Positions 41,479 through 54,192 of a stretch of 64,000 nucleotides of DNA are shown piece after piece. Origin of the DNA: Diadema antillarum (Eukaryota). The notes under the pieces are model-generated. The model saw only the letters and a program-made list of their open reading frames with translations, had not been told where the DNA came from and ran no database searches. Made by a program: the position numbers and the translations under genes. Location of the stretch: contig NW_027271016.1 of the NCBI RefSeq assembly GCF_040938485.1, forward strand, positions 2,294,001-2,358,000, read 5' to 3'. Positions within the stretch are counted from its first letter, which is position 1; the number at the start of each line of letters is the position of its first letter.

Positions 41479-44400
41479 TTTTTCACTCCTCCTCTTCTCT
41501 TCCGTTGCCACCACCACCCCCCCCCCCCCAATTCTCTCTGTCCCTACCTCACTCATTCTCTCTCGTCCTCGACCACTTCCCGCCTAGCCATTGTTTGTCT
41601 CCTGTTCATCTGGGTCTGATCAAATATTTATTGCCCGCCTTTTAACAACGAAGTGCGTATCAATTATATTCAAGACGTATTTCCCCCCTCGCGATACTTC
41701 ATCGCAGACGACTCCTATATGAGTTACAAGGAAAATCAACCAATCCCCTTGAGACGAGAGAACAATACATTTCCCTTCGCACCGCTTCACCAAAAAATGT
41801 CACACACCGTAGTACTTAACGTCACAAGGAGGAAAAAAAGACATGAGTTACTTCCGATGATTGTTGATTAATGAATGAACATCGCCTACTTGCCTTGTTA
41901 CTCTAGAGAAAAGGCCCCAAGGATTTGTAAGCACAATCTTGTTTCTTCAGTCTTTATATATTCAGTTTAATCCTTGAATAAGTATTCGACCGGAATGCAA
42001 TATCTTCAGTCGATTTCGATAATGTTGGTAAATGACTCGTAATACTCCATAAAAGGATGAGTTGTAGGCAAATGGTGACACCCACACACCAGCTTAGTTG
42101 TTTCACATCTAACTCTGCAAGCTCCAGATGAGTTCGATGCAGGTACGGGAGAAGCTGAGGGGAGGGCGAGTGCATCAGTTACTCGAGTTTTTCAGAATGC
42201 CAAGAAATCCAGACTACAATGTTGGATGCTGCAAACAATATAACCCATTCACGTACGTACTCAATGAGACTACACCACCGGCCTTTACATCAGAATACAC
42301 ACAGACATAACTACAGACGTACACCCATCCTCACTCACCAACACACACACACGCAAACAAACTAACATAGCACGTGTTCACAAACACACACATATAACGG
42401 AACGCAAACTTTCTTCAGCCCTTCGACCGTCCCCTAGTCTGAGCATTATTTACCTTCTCTTAATCTCAATATTGCTTCTGCACATTTTTTTTTTTTCGTG
42501 CGGTCTTTTTTTTTTTTTTTTTTGGTGAGTGTCTTTGAGTCGGTGCTGTAGTACACGAAAGTACACTGTCCTTAGCAGCATGATTACATCTCTCTCCGCA
42601 GGTTTGCGTTGTGTTAAAGGGCATGAACGCCTTAAGGACAACTAATTCCCCCCCCCCCCCCCCGACACACACACACACACACACGCATTCGCCTTTTCAA
42701 ATAACGGGGTGTAAAACATCTATAATTCTTCCCTTACCTCTTACAGTGTGACAGAAAACGTGTTTTTTTTTTCTTAGCAAGATAGTTTCGACATTTGCAA
42801 TATCATTCATGGGAATGATGACAATTCACATTACTGGAAATGAAGAAATCTGCTGTCCCACGAACGGTAATATGATGATAGACATGAATTCTATCCCGAT
42901 GACATTTTACTTTCATTTTTGATAGTCCATAAAATCTGCGTGTGTGCAAGTCCTTGTGCCTCCATGGGCAACCATTTTTATGCAAATTTGCCCTAAAAGA
43001 AAAAAGATTTCTCACTTCTACTGTGTAGACGACAGTCTTTTTTTTTTTTTTTTTGTTAGGCGGACATTGATTTTGTACGTTTTTTTTTTCTTATTCGCCT
43101 TTTCTTTTGCTTGTTTGCAAAAGACATGCTAGTTTAGGCCATGATCACGTACCGGAGGGAATTCCAGCGCATTCTAGGAACGAAATCCGGGTCAGAGCGT
43201 TTGATAAGATATGAGCAGACCTTGGGTTCCCATACCTGCCTACACGGTGCCTCAAACATTATCTGGTCGTTGTCTCCGTATTACTTGGATTTTAAAAGCT
43301 GTTTTTTTTTAATGTTCCTTTGATATGTACAAACACCTCAAATCATCAACATCAGCACCTAATTTTAACGAGAGATGGGTATTTACGAGTGAACGTGCAA
43401 ACACAAGATCGAAGGGATGACAGCATTATTCGGAAGAAAAGTATCCAATGATCTTAGTATTGACGTAGTATGAATTGGAAAGAGAAGAAATTGAGAGAGA
43501 GAGGGAGATAATTACTGTGAATTCGGAGTTTGCAGAACAAAACTCGGTGATACAACACAAACAGATCCCTTTAAAGCAAGTGCCGACACTGAAGGATTTT
43601 CGCGAAACATTCCGCTGAGCGCGGGTAGATCAAGACCCGGAGAGAAAAAGCGACGCTGAAAGGCGACGCCGCCACCCGGGCCTGATCCCCTCTGTTTGAC
43701 TCGAGGGCATTCGACAGCGATCCAATGTTTGGAGGGCCAAGGAGTGGCGGCCAAGAAATCGGGGGGAGCGACGCGTTGGGTTTTGTTGATGCACAAACAC
43801 GGAGCTGCACTTGAATACGTTAAAGGGAGTGACGAGTGCGTTCTTTTTTTCTCTTACCCCTCCTCTCGCAAAAAACAAAAACAAAACCAAAACAAAAGCA
43901 AAACTGAGTTAATCTTCCCTCAGAGAACCGCTTCCAAAGAAGTGATTTAATCTTGCTTTTACTTTTTCTCAACACAAATATTGCATTGTTCTCTCACCAA
44001 AACTGTGTCTGCATTCGAAATCAGTCCTAGATTAGATAGTATGTATTTGTTTATCATTAGCATAGCAGGACAAGCAAAAAAAAACCCCAACAACAACAAC
44101 TTGAAATTACACTGAGACTCGTGTCATCAATGGATCCGATGTACGGCAAGACAAGCATTTCGTGTTAGTGTAGACTCCATGCATAGCCAGGAAGCCCCAT
44201 GAAATATCAGTTAAGTGTGTGTAGATGGTGCTGAATGGGTGATCCTTCCGATTTCCAATCTGCGATTTCATTGACAACCTATCATGTTTGTTTGTTTTTT
44301 AAACTTTAATGTTATCTATTTGTGCACTTTTGTCTGAGTATATTTTTATGTTGTATAAAAACGTTTTCTTTAATCTTTATTGGAAATTCTTCAATGAAAA

Positions 44401-44827
44401 AGAGGAACATCTGAATCGAATTGAATGAAACGATGGGTGCTTTGCAAGTAAACTGCAGGGCATATTGTGTATTAGTCCTAGAATCATTGGACATTCCTTT
44501 GTTTTAAGGGGATGGGTCACGTTTCATGAAGACGAAGAAAAGAATGCTCTTTCTGCGCGACGTTTCGTAAAGGTTAATTGTTCTTCGTCCGTCTTCCGTC
44601 GCCAGACCATGGGCCGCATGCGCATTGCAAATGGAGACGGACACACGTGTTGGGCCGTCACGTTCGTAATTCGGCAGTCTGGGAAGTACACGAAAGTGTT
44701 GCATAATTTGCCTCATAAATTTTGCTGCAACATCCGGGATCCATTTCGTGATGACGTGTGAGCAAGTGTTGCCAGTTAAAATGACTGCAATCACGTACAC
44801 CGGCTAAGACTGATATTCACATACAAT

Positions 44828-45175
44828 GGGCGATGATTTGCCTCAGTTGGTATCGCGTCTGCTTCCAGATCCAAAGGGCGCGGGTTCGATTACCGAGTCT
44901 ATTATTGGGCAATGATGTGTGTAATTATACCGTCCCCTCTAGTAAGAGGCAAAACACTCTGCCCCTCGGATAGGACATGAAATTGAGATCCCGTGTGTGA
45001 GAGAGTCACAACTCATGCACGTAAAAGATCCAGCTTCATTCATTCATCGCAAAAGAGCAGGATGGTCCCTCCTGACCTCACATCGAACTGGACCCCATGG
45101 AAGACCAGATAGTGCAGCTGAATATGGACTATCCAGGCATCTTCTCAGATGGAAATAAAGTGAACAAAACAATTC
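44828..45175 (+). mobile_element. tRNA-derived SINE with a Deu-like central domain
   Basis: A-box-like TTGCCTCAGTTGG and B box GGTTCGATTACC (~44883). The central CCCTCGGATAGGAC...CCCGTG...CACGTAAAAGATCC...AAAAGAGCAGG resembles the Deu domain as I recall it. A 3' module lies at 45090-45137 and AATAAA at about 45154. Confidence 0.75.
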
Positions 45176-45644
45176 ACTATTAATGTTTGTTTTATCATGG
45201 CAAATCACTTCTCGAGGCCTCTGTCAGCTAAAATAAAAGTGAGGCATTTTGCCATACTGGCATTCTCCAGCACAGTTATGTCGCCGTCGTAGACAAAAGT
45301 CTTTGCTGCACTAAACCCGAACGGAAATGTAGCTATGAGATTCAGTAGGTTGCAACCTGGCACATGAACTGTAACGACAGGAAGTTTGTGATCCCACGAT
45401 AGGACAACGTCCCGAAACATCGCTTGACTTGAGAAAAAAAAAACGGAAGAGGAAAAAAAAAAAAGCTCAGTTATTCCCCACAGAGCTGAAGGTTAATGCG
45501 TGGGAGTGGCCAAACAATCATGTTAACTAACCTTGTTTCCTTGAAGATAGATGAGAGGTATTGCACACTGTAAGCGTATAGCAGTCATCGCAAATATGAT
45601 GCAGACTTCTCGAAGATCTGTTACTGAACATGAACATACTGAAC

Positions 45645-45699
<55 letters not shown>
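45645..45699. repeat. (TA)n microsatellite
   Basis: Direct reading of the sequence. Confidence 0.95.
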
Positions 45700-45701
<2 letters not shown>

Positions 45702-46248
45702 CCTATACATATATTAATGCTTATGTTCATTAAGAAAGTTTCTCGAGTCTCGCTTTGTGCATGTGGCACCTTTAGGGACGGCGGGCAGTTGTTGACGTAA
45801 ATGCTTCCAGAAACCTGCAATACGCAAAATTATGAAATGTATTAAGGCGAAAAAAATAATATATAAACTCCACTCAGGTTTGGGATTGAAGAGGGGGCAA
45901 AACCCCTTTTTTCTGCTTCCCGAGAGAGGAGAAGAGGAGGAGGAGTGTTGATATAGATTTACCAGGAGTGACAAGAGCACGACGTAAATGGCGCTCGTCT
46001 TTGAAGGTGACCCACTTTAAGAGCCCTCCGAGGACACTTCCTCTGACAATAATTGGTATATTTCATGCCACGTGACCGGGGTACAGAAGGTTCTAAATCA
46101 TCTCCCGCACGCTTTAGACGCTTCATTGCATTCTGTATGTATGAAGAGAAGTCGATGTTTGCCCCCAATTTCATGTACATTAATTTGATGTATATATAAT
46201 CTGTGCGCACATTAGTACTTCATACGTACACACAAACAAACACACGCG

Positions 46249-46290
<42 letters not shown>

Positions 46291-47143
46291 AATGCATGCT
46301 TTAGACGTTCATTGCATTCTGTATATGATGTTCACTCCCAATTTGATGTACATATTACCAGTGCGCACATTAGTACTTCATACGTACACACAAACACTTT
46401 TGTTTTTCCTTGATATTTATTGATTTCATTCAAATCATTCATGAATCAACCCATTCTGGGTGTAACATGAACAAAAACGGTACAAATGCAATTCAAAAAC
46501 ACAAACAAATCCATTTGTCAATTTGTACTGCAAATAATCTCTCTTCAACATATATAACTCGACTATAAATCAACCCTACTAACAATTTCTTCACGAGAAA
46601 GTTTTAACATGTACCAAACCTATATCCCTTGAATGTATTGAATCATGTAACTCCTTCTCACTTACAAGGGCATATACATAAAACCAAAAAACAAAAAACA
46701 CACAAATACATTATACAAATCTAGAATGAAATCATTCATAAAAAACCCAACCAACCCTTCCCCTCCAAACCGAAACAAATCTGCATTTATCCTAAATATC
46801 AAATCCTACCAATATCTTTCATACCATTTGTAACTATCCTTCTTCAAATCAAATCCCCATCCCACCAATCCCCGATTAACCAAAACCTTAACCACCCCAC
46901 ACACACATTCACCAACCCACATACACACACACACACATACACACCCACACACATACACACATACACACACACCCACACACACCCACGCGAACCGATACCA
47001 CCTTCCTTCCTGATAAAACGACTTCCCAATGTTCACATACGTAAAACATAATGGACCGTCTGCATAAAAGCAGCATCCGCCCGCTCGCAAGCACCGCTCC
47101 GAATTCAAATACAAATCAGTCAAACAAAATCATCAATCTCAAA

Positions 47144-47469
47144 GGCCCGAATTCACGAAGGTGGTACAGATGAAACCATGGTTTAAACCATGGACAAAAA
47201 CCATGGAGCTCCAAGTGTCGCATGGAATATTTCGTTACGAAATCAGTAATTTCGTCGGTGAAATGATTATTTTGTAACGAAATGACAATATTTTGTAACT
47301 AAATGAACATTTCTTCCACGAAATGATAATTTCGTTAACGAAACAGTCATTTTGTCGACGAAATGACCAATTTCGTAACGACATATTCCGTTGGACATTT
47401 GGCGCTCCATGGCTTTTGTCCATGGTTTAAACCATGGTTTCATTTGCACCACCTTCGTGAATTCGGGCC
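47144..47469. mobile_element. Palindromic MITE, PIF/Harbinger-like, inside the L1 3' UTR
   Basis: TIRs of about 100 bp: GGCCCGAATTCACGAAGGTGGT...CCATGGTTTAAACCATGGACAAAA at left and its near-perfect reverse complement at right. A 3-bp AAA lies on both sides (47141-47143, 47470-47472). Confidence 0.85.
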
Positions 47470-47624
47470 AAAGCTGCTGGTAAAATCAAATAACGTTTAT
47501 GCCAGCAACAGCTTACCCCTCCCCGCGCGCAGCCAATAACACATAATATTGCCTTCCCCAATGATAAATACTAAAAAAAAAATATATAATAAAAAAATGC
47601 TTAGGCCCTTGTTTCAGAAACATT

Positions 47625-47815
47625 TTACCATTTCAGCAAATGTAATCCCAACTTATTTCTTTTTACAGCAATTTCTTTTTCTTCATCCCGAAATCTTATT
47701 ATTCTCTTATAAATTTCCTCAAAAGTAGGAATTTCTCCCTCTGATCTAGATCTAAAAATAATATATTTCAAAATGAAAATCATCGTATTATAAAGTTTCA
47801 TTTTGGTCCCTTCCC

Positions 47816-47817
<2 letters not shown>
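47625..47817 (-). pseudogene. C-terminal end of L1/Tx1 ORF2 (5'-truncated)
   Basis: LWEGTKMKLYNTMIFILKYIIFRSRSEGEIPTFEEIYKRIIRFRDEEKEIAVKRNKLGLHLLKW* fits the Tx1/L1 ORF2 terminal pattern (KYxIxxxR...P...EKxIAxxxNKL..H..KW). Confidence 0.75.
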
Positions 47818-47865
<48 letters not shown>

Positions 47866-49383
47866 AATGCATGCATGAGTGTGTTTGTGTGTCTTAATGT
47901 GTACTGAAATCACGTTGCATCTTTACATGATCATGTTAAATCTGTCGTTAAAATATTGGCAACCTGTTCACACATGACGCCGATGCATTTCAGACATGAT
48001 CGTCTTGTGAGTGTATACAACATGTTGAATATAGACGAGTACTAAGTAACAGCTGCGTATGGAATGATAAGTCGCAATTAAACAGATAAATTGAAACAAC
48101 GGCCAGAACATTGGTGAATTGAAATGTCTGTTTCATCGTGTATTCCTGTGTTCTTTTGTCTCACATTGTCTCTCATTGTTATTATGCCTTGGTATGCTTG
48201 TCTATACACCAAAAGAGAAGAGAAACGAGCGGAAATCAGTTTATGATTCTATGTCGATATGAAGAGAAAAGAATATTTCAGCGGGCAAACAATCTTTGCA
48301 ACCTCACTCGAAAACTTGTCGACAATTGACAGCTTATTGAATTAGGAGAAGTAATTTTCATCACATGAAGATGAAGAGTGGGCGCAAGTGGTTACTTTAA
48401 TCATCCTTCTGCGAGCGTTTGCCTAGGGTTCTAAGTAAACGCCATTATGCAATAAAAACACTGCCCACTGTTTTTGCAACGACGTAATTTCTTTATGACA
48501 ACAACAACAACAATGAAGTACATAAAACCACTTCAACGTGAACTAACACGATCGAATTCGTTTGATATGTCGCGGCTGGGAGACGTGGTCTGAAATTAAA
48601 ACACGACGCTGCCCAAACGAAACAAGTCCAGTCATTACATGGGCTGTATTTTTTCCTTTTTCTCAGCACGGAAATACTATGAAGCAACGTATTAAATGGG
48701 CGCAGTGTATTTTTTTTCTCCATCCCCCTACGACAATAAAGAAATAAGACGAAATATGACATTTATTTTGGAATAGAAGGCGATAGCTTCAGACCAAACC
48801 ATGAAAAGAAAATACCACTGGGTGCTTTTGATTCTGCCCTGTTATTTTTCCCACCTCTTGCGTAAATTATTGGAAAGTTCGAAGACCGAAGAATCCTAAT
48901 ATGATAAGAGAAATGTCATCCATTGCCTCACGAGTCAGTGAAAAAAATAAATGTCGACCATCTCAAACGATTTCCACTAGTTTTGTTCTTGTTGTTGTCG
49001 TGAGGATGATTACCAATTTACATTTTGTTCTTGTAGCTATAATTGGTGTATCTCTAATTCCAAGCTCACATAATTATGTAACGCCAGAGATGAACGGTGC
49101 CCTCAATGCAAAAAGAATCGTGGAGCAATGGTTATCAAAATGAGCAGCGCAGCACTATCAATGATAAGTGTGATCGTATTTGTGCGTGGGTGTGCATGTT
49201 TGTATAATATAGTATAAAGCAACATGAATGTGTGTGAATGTATGAGTGCAGGCACGTGTAAATTTGAGGATGCCGGGTTAAACAAGGGGTTTTAATAATC
49301 ATGATTTCCATTCAAATCGTTTGTGTCATAATGTGTTGATATTCGGTCGTTTGTTCGTTCGTTCGTATTTATTTTGCTTCTCG

Positions 49384-49640
49384 AATCAAATCAAATCAAA
49401 TCAAATCAAATCAAATCAAATCAAAATGAATTACATGGGTCTGACACTTTTCAACAAAACAAAACCAAATCACAAAGGAGCAAAACAAAAGTGCAGTTTA
49501 TACTACATACATAACAAAAATCTTTGTATAACATTTATAGTTGCATATAATACAGAAAAGGCAGTACATAATAAGAAAGCAGGAGACCGTGACCATAAGT
49601 ATGGCTTGACTAGGCTGATGGCTTCACTGGGAATATAATT
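49384..49640 (-). mobile_element. Probable LINE 3' end remnant with (ATTTG)n tail
   Basis: An (AATCA)n tract at 49384-49424 is followed by AT-rich UTR-like sequence and a GC-richer possible stem-loop at about 49580-49630. Confidence 0.3.
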
Positions 49641-49812
49641 CAGGTTTGCCTCTCACGAATAGTAATTTTATTTGTTTGTTTGTATATCATAATCAATGCA
49701 TTATGTTATTCATTTCAATAACAGTTAAGAAAATGTGATGAAGTTGTTATTTTTCACCCACAATGATGCAGTTTTCAATTACTTCATGATCTGTATCTGT
49801 GAATTTTATCTT

Positions 49813-49821
49813 AATTGATTA

Positions 49822-49855
<34 letters not shown>

Positions 49856-49882
49856 CGATCGATCGATCGATTGATTGATTTG
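49813..49882. repeat. (GATT)n microsatellite with an embedded (GATC)n block
   Basis: ttgattgattgatcgatcgatcgatcgattgattg. Confidence 0.9.
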
Positions 49883-50588
49883 AATTTATTTCGAGTTTGT
49901 GTTCACAAAAGCAAGGAAAAAAGCAAGGAAAAAAGCAAACATAACTGAGTTACAATGATTGTTACTATACGATAACATCTTGTCTTCCACTTTTATATAT
50001 CTTTTTTTTTTACTGGTCTTTTTAATTTCCATTCAGCCGAACACATGATTTCGTGTGCATTTCGATAGATTATGATTACATTATAATTATTTGACTGAAA
50101 TTTCGTAAAGATTTCGGGGGAAAGCCATGCTGATATCAAACGTAACTAAATTCATTCCATCTCCCTTCTTCATCGTCCCCCGCCCCCCCCCCCCCCCCCC
50201 CCCATCCATACACGAGCTTCTAGTCAGGCGAATGTCCTCACACGTGCGCTCTTGTCTGTTCATCTAGAAAATGCTATAAACGAAGACATTTCATCGAATT
50301 GCATTTACTATCTAACTGGAGAAAGGGAGAGGGAGTTAAAACCTAAGAAGGACTAGGAATGGACGCTGTCAATAAAACGGGAAAAAAGGGACAAAAAGTC
50401 ACCATCAAGAAACGTTCACTCAACATGAACCCAGCTCTTGACGATTTATGCTTGGATTTCTGTCCGGGTGCAATGTTTGTTTCCAAGTTTATGTTTAAGT
50501 CGTATTCCACATACCGTACACTGTTTATATGCATACGTATATAATAATCACACGGCACGGCACATGGTCATAAGATACGGCGATTTCA

Positions 50589-50956
50589 TTAAAGGCCTTG
50601 TTTACCTTTGGGAGCAGGGGTTTAAAAAAAATTTCAAGACATCATTTGATGCATATGTGTAGGTCTGTTGTATCACAAAACATCCTACCATATAAAATGT
50701 TTGCAATAAAGCCTAAAATATAAGGAGATATCAGTATTTCTCTCATTAAACCATAACTGTATAGACGGTTTAGTCTGGAAACATTTTTATTATAACTATT
50801 GTTCACGTTTTGTGTATTTAACAATACTTAACATCTATTATACGGATTCAAATTTTTACAGAGGTTGTTTCGATCTCCAACTCACATTTTCGAAATATTT
50901 CCAAGCACCATTGCTGGGTTTTTGTTTCTTCTGCAAATGGTAAATTATGCCTTTAA
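50589..50956. mobile_element. Kolobok-type MITE (second family) with TTAA TSD
   Basis: TTAA|AGGCCTTGTTTACCTTTG at left and CAAATGGTAAATTATGCCT|TTAA at right, giving imperfect TIRs that begin AGGC. Confidence 0.7.
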
Positions 50957-52749
50957 GACGTCCTGGGGCTCCAGATGTCACGAATACTCACCCTTTCACA
51001 ACCTATCACTCTGCTGGTGGAGACAAAGTCCGTACAATACACCGTACCCAACAAGTTTTCACATAAAATAACTTCGATACTGGTATACGTTTGGCAAGAA
51101 CTGTGAAACTGCGCGGGCGTACTCTCGGCTATGAAAAATGGGATGAAAAAAAAAATCTTTTCGACGATCCCTATAAAATGTTGCACATCAACACAAATCA
51201 TCATGAGATTATCTACATTTTTAGTTTGTGTAGAGTATAAACAAAAGACAAGTATATCGTTTAAGGATGGTTATATAAGTTATGGGCCTACATTGTACAT
51301 CACTAACGGTTTTATTTACTTCTTTTTTTTTACAAAATGAACACACAGGACCTTCAACTAATTTGTATCTAACAAAATAAACATTTTGTCAAATAGTTCA
51401 CGCAAAAAGCCATGTAGCTTCAAGTTAAGTAATCCATAATGGTGGATGCGCAGTGAGAACATTGAAGTGAAGAGTATAAGGTTTTGTTACTTCAAAGCTT
51501 CCCAGGTTTCATAAAGCAGATGATGATAAGACAATACAAGGATGACATTTTCTCACCACTCTCCCACTGTTTTCTAGTAAAAAGAAAAGTAAAACACTCA
51601 TCAAAGTCCTGGTTGGGTGAACGAACTAAGATTACCTATACCCCATTTTTTTTTTTGTAATGAATAGCCGTTTTTGTTACGCAATTTCCTCCTTATGCAA
51701 ATACTTTTTAATTACCTCAGGGACCTTCTAATTGTACAACCTTTCCTTTTTTCTCGCAAGTTCCCTCCATATTCCTTTTTTACTCAGTGCTACTTCAATT
51801 TGCATTGAACAACAAAAAATTAAAATATTTTGTATATAGTATGTGTATAGATGTGCATGTATGTGCAGTTGTGTAAACGTACACTTCTTATATTATTGTT
51901 TGATATTTCTTTAACAAGTGTTTAATGTAAGTATTTGTATTTACATCATTGTGCAATCCCAATATGCCATTTCGTCTACTCGTACAAATCGTCATCGTCA
52001 CTTTGTAATAATTTTGTATTACTTGGATATAGAAAAAAAAATTGAAATGAAATAAAATGAAATGGAATGATAAATCCTGTGAATACAGTTATAATCATGT
52101 ACGGGTCAGAAGAAACCAGTGCGTTTGTGAGTAACAGGAAACACGAGAATCTCAAAACCTCCATGACGTTCTACTGCTTCTAGCGTTCTATGTTTAGCTT
52201 GTTTAACTCCCTGTAAGCCACATTAATTTTTTGTTCGTATGTCACAGTATGTGTGTGAAATTCGTGCATATTTGACTCATTGGCGTAAAAAAAAGGTTAA
52301 GTGTAATTATACATCCATTACTTTCATCTAACACATGGAGTAAGTCGTATTTCACTTTAAAACGATTTATTTCGATCGTAATACTGCATGCACGTCGTTT
52401 TGCAAGTTTACTGCCCCCATGGGTATATTGCCCAGTCAATAGACAGAGTCCATCCAGCCTTGTCCAGCCCAGACAAATAATAATATGCGACGCAGGCATG
52501 CTTGGCATGCTTGACGAAGATGAACGGACCACTTTACACTCCAATGCGGGTCTGTACGAGCCTGTGCCATAATACACTATAAGGACACAGGTAATGATTG
52601 TTGTAGCACTATTGCAAATAATGATGATGATAAATGATAATAACAATAATACGAATAAGTAATGAAAATAGATTAAGTTTTGTTTATCGTGACTACAATT
52701 ATATTGGCAATAACGACGATGATGATAATATGATCAGTGTAGACATAAA

Positions 52750-52809
52750 AATCAAACCCATGCCGTTTAGATTAGGAGGCAGACGCTCTACTGACCGAGC
52801 CAAATCCCC
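52750..52809 (-). mobile_element. Isolated degenerate tRNA-like SINE head
   Basis: The minus strand reads GGGGATTTGGCTCGGTCAGTAGAGCGTCTGCCTCCTAATCTAAACGGCATGGGTTTGATT, with an A-box-like motif and an eroded B box. It resembles the head at 44828. Confidence 0.5.
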
Positions 52810-53274
52810 ACCCTCGCGATTATAACACGACCATCACTCATCAAAAGTGTAGATGGTCTTTAAAGGGCTTTTAACCTGTTCCATCAACTACAAGGCTATC
52901 AGCAAATTAGAATTTTTATTAATCATCAGTGTTTTTCGGTTTCGTTCACATTGACATTCATGACTCTTGCATATAGATGGAATGGCCGCAAGTTTGACTA
53001 ACGCATGAATACAAGATTGACGTCAGACAACACATTGAACAGATTTTCTCCAAGCCTTGAATGTAAGCAAAACCCCATAAATACCCACCTATAAAATAGT
53101 CAAAAGTTATTTTCCTTTAGATAATGAAATGTCAAATTAAAAAAAATCTCCCTGTCCTCTCTCTCTCTCTCTAATGTAAAAAAAGTACAAATGTTCTGAT
53201 GATTTTTCTTTTAACTTTGCTCGGTTTGATTTTGTTTTGTGTCTGTATTTTTCGTTCAAGTGAACAAATAATTT

Positions 53275-53305
<31 letters not shown>

Positions 53306-54128
53306 TGAAAACATAGCAGAAGAAACAACGCGTGGGACTAGTCAATGGCATCTTCTGATGACCATTGCCACTGGTTACATACGATGAGCGAACAGATACA
53401 GATGTTGCCATTGGTGACAATCAGATTATTGTTACAATGTTTACAGTGTTTGCGCTGCTCTGGTTCGAAAATATATAAAGACATGTTACAAGATTCTGTC
53501 CTTTTAACGTTGAAACATTGAAACTTTGAAACCTGCTGTTTAGCAGTTCCTTCCATTTCCAACAGCTTTGATTTAGTATTTTGTCACAAAAGTGACGTCA
53601 TTTATTGCATTCCCGTTCACAGTGTTTTTCTTGATTACATTATTGTACTCCTTTTGTACCATTACGTGTATTGAAAAGTTTTATGCAATTACATTTTCAA
53701 TTACAATTGAAATACACGAAATGAAATGAACAAGAATTACTATGATGTATGTTCGTCTCTATTTGTTTACGTCATAAATTCATAATGTCTGTTTTATCAG
53801 TTGCGGCTATCCCTCCTTTCAACAATGTTAGTATCTATAGAATGTTTAAAACCTCTATATCATATTGACAGTGGAAAATTAGCTATAACGCCTTGAGATG
53901 CTCTCTTTAATTTTGTTTGCCAGCGAGGTTAAAGTCCTCCATGTGATGAAATCTTTTATGAAAATGTAATGTTGCCATAATGGGACAGCATAGCATTAAC
54001 CATAATCTTTACTGTATAATGGTTCAAGATAATGCGCCCTCGCTCTTCAAAAGCTGAACTCTTCGCTATAAGAGAAAGAGAGCTATTTCAAAGCCACTGC
54101 CGCTAAAAGCAAGTTGTAGTTATGATTG

Positions 54129-54147
54129 AAACACACACATAAACACG

Positions 54148-54190
<43 letters not shown>
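54129..54190. repeat. (CA)n microsatellite
   Basis: Direct reading of the sequence. Confidence 0.95.

Positions 54191-54192
<2 letters not shown>

Larger units (their letters stand above)
46398..47817 (-). mobile_element. 5'-truncated L1-clade (Tx1-like) non-LTR retrotransposon
   Basis: On the minus strand: the ORF2 C-terminus, a ~1.2-kb T/G-rich 3' UTR, AATAAA (46416-46421) and a degenerate A tail GGAAAAACAAAA. It is flanked on both sides by the same (CA)n tract. Confidence 0.8.
46111..47874. repeat. ~187-bp tandem duplication whose second unit is split by the L1/Tx1 insertion
   Basis: Unit 1 (46111-46297) runs GCTTTAGACG...GTGCGCACATTAGTACTTCATACGTACACACAAAC...(CA)n CTTGAATGCAT. Unit 2 is 46298-46397 plus 47818-47874, ending (CA)n CTTGAATGCATGC. 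Confidence 0.85.

Noticed and set aside
53582-53596. GTCACAAAAGTGA partial match to miR-153 as I recall it
   Set aside because: The seed region is absent and there is no precursor hairpin. I recognised no conserved miRNA elsewhere by eye.
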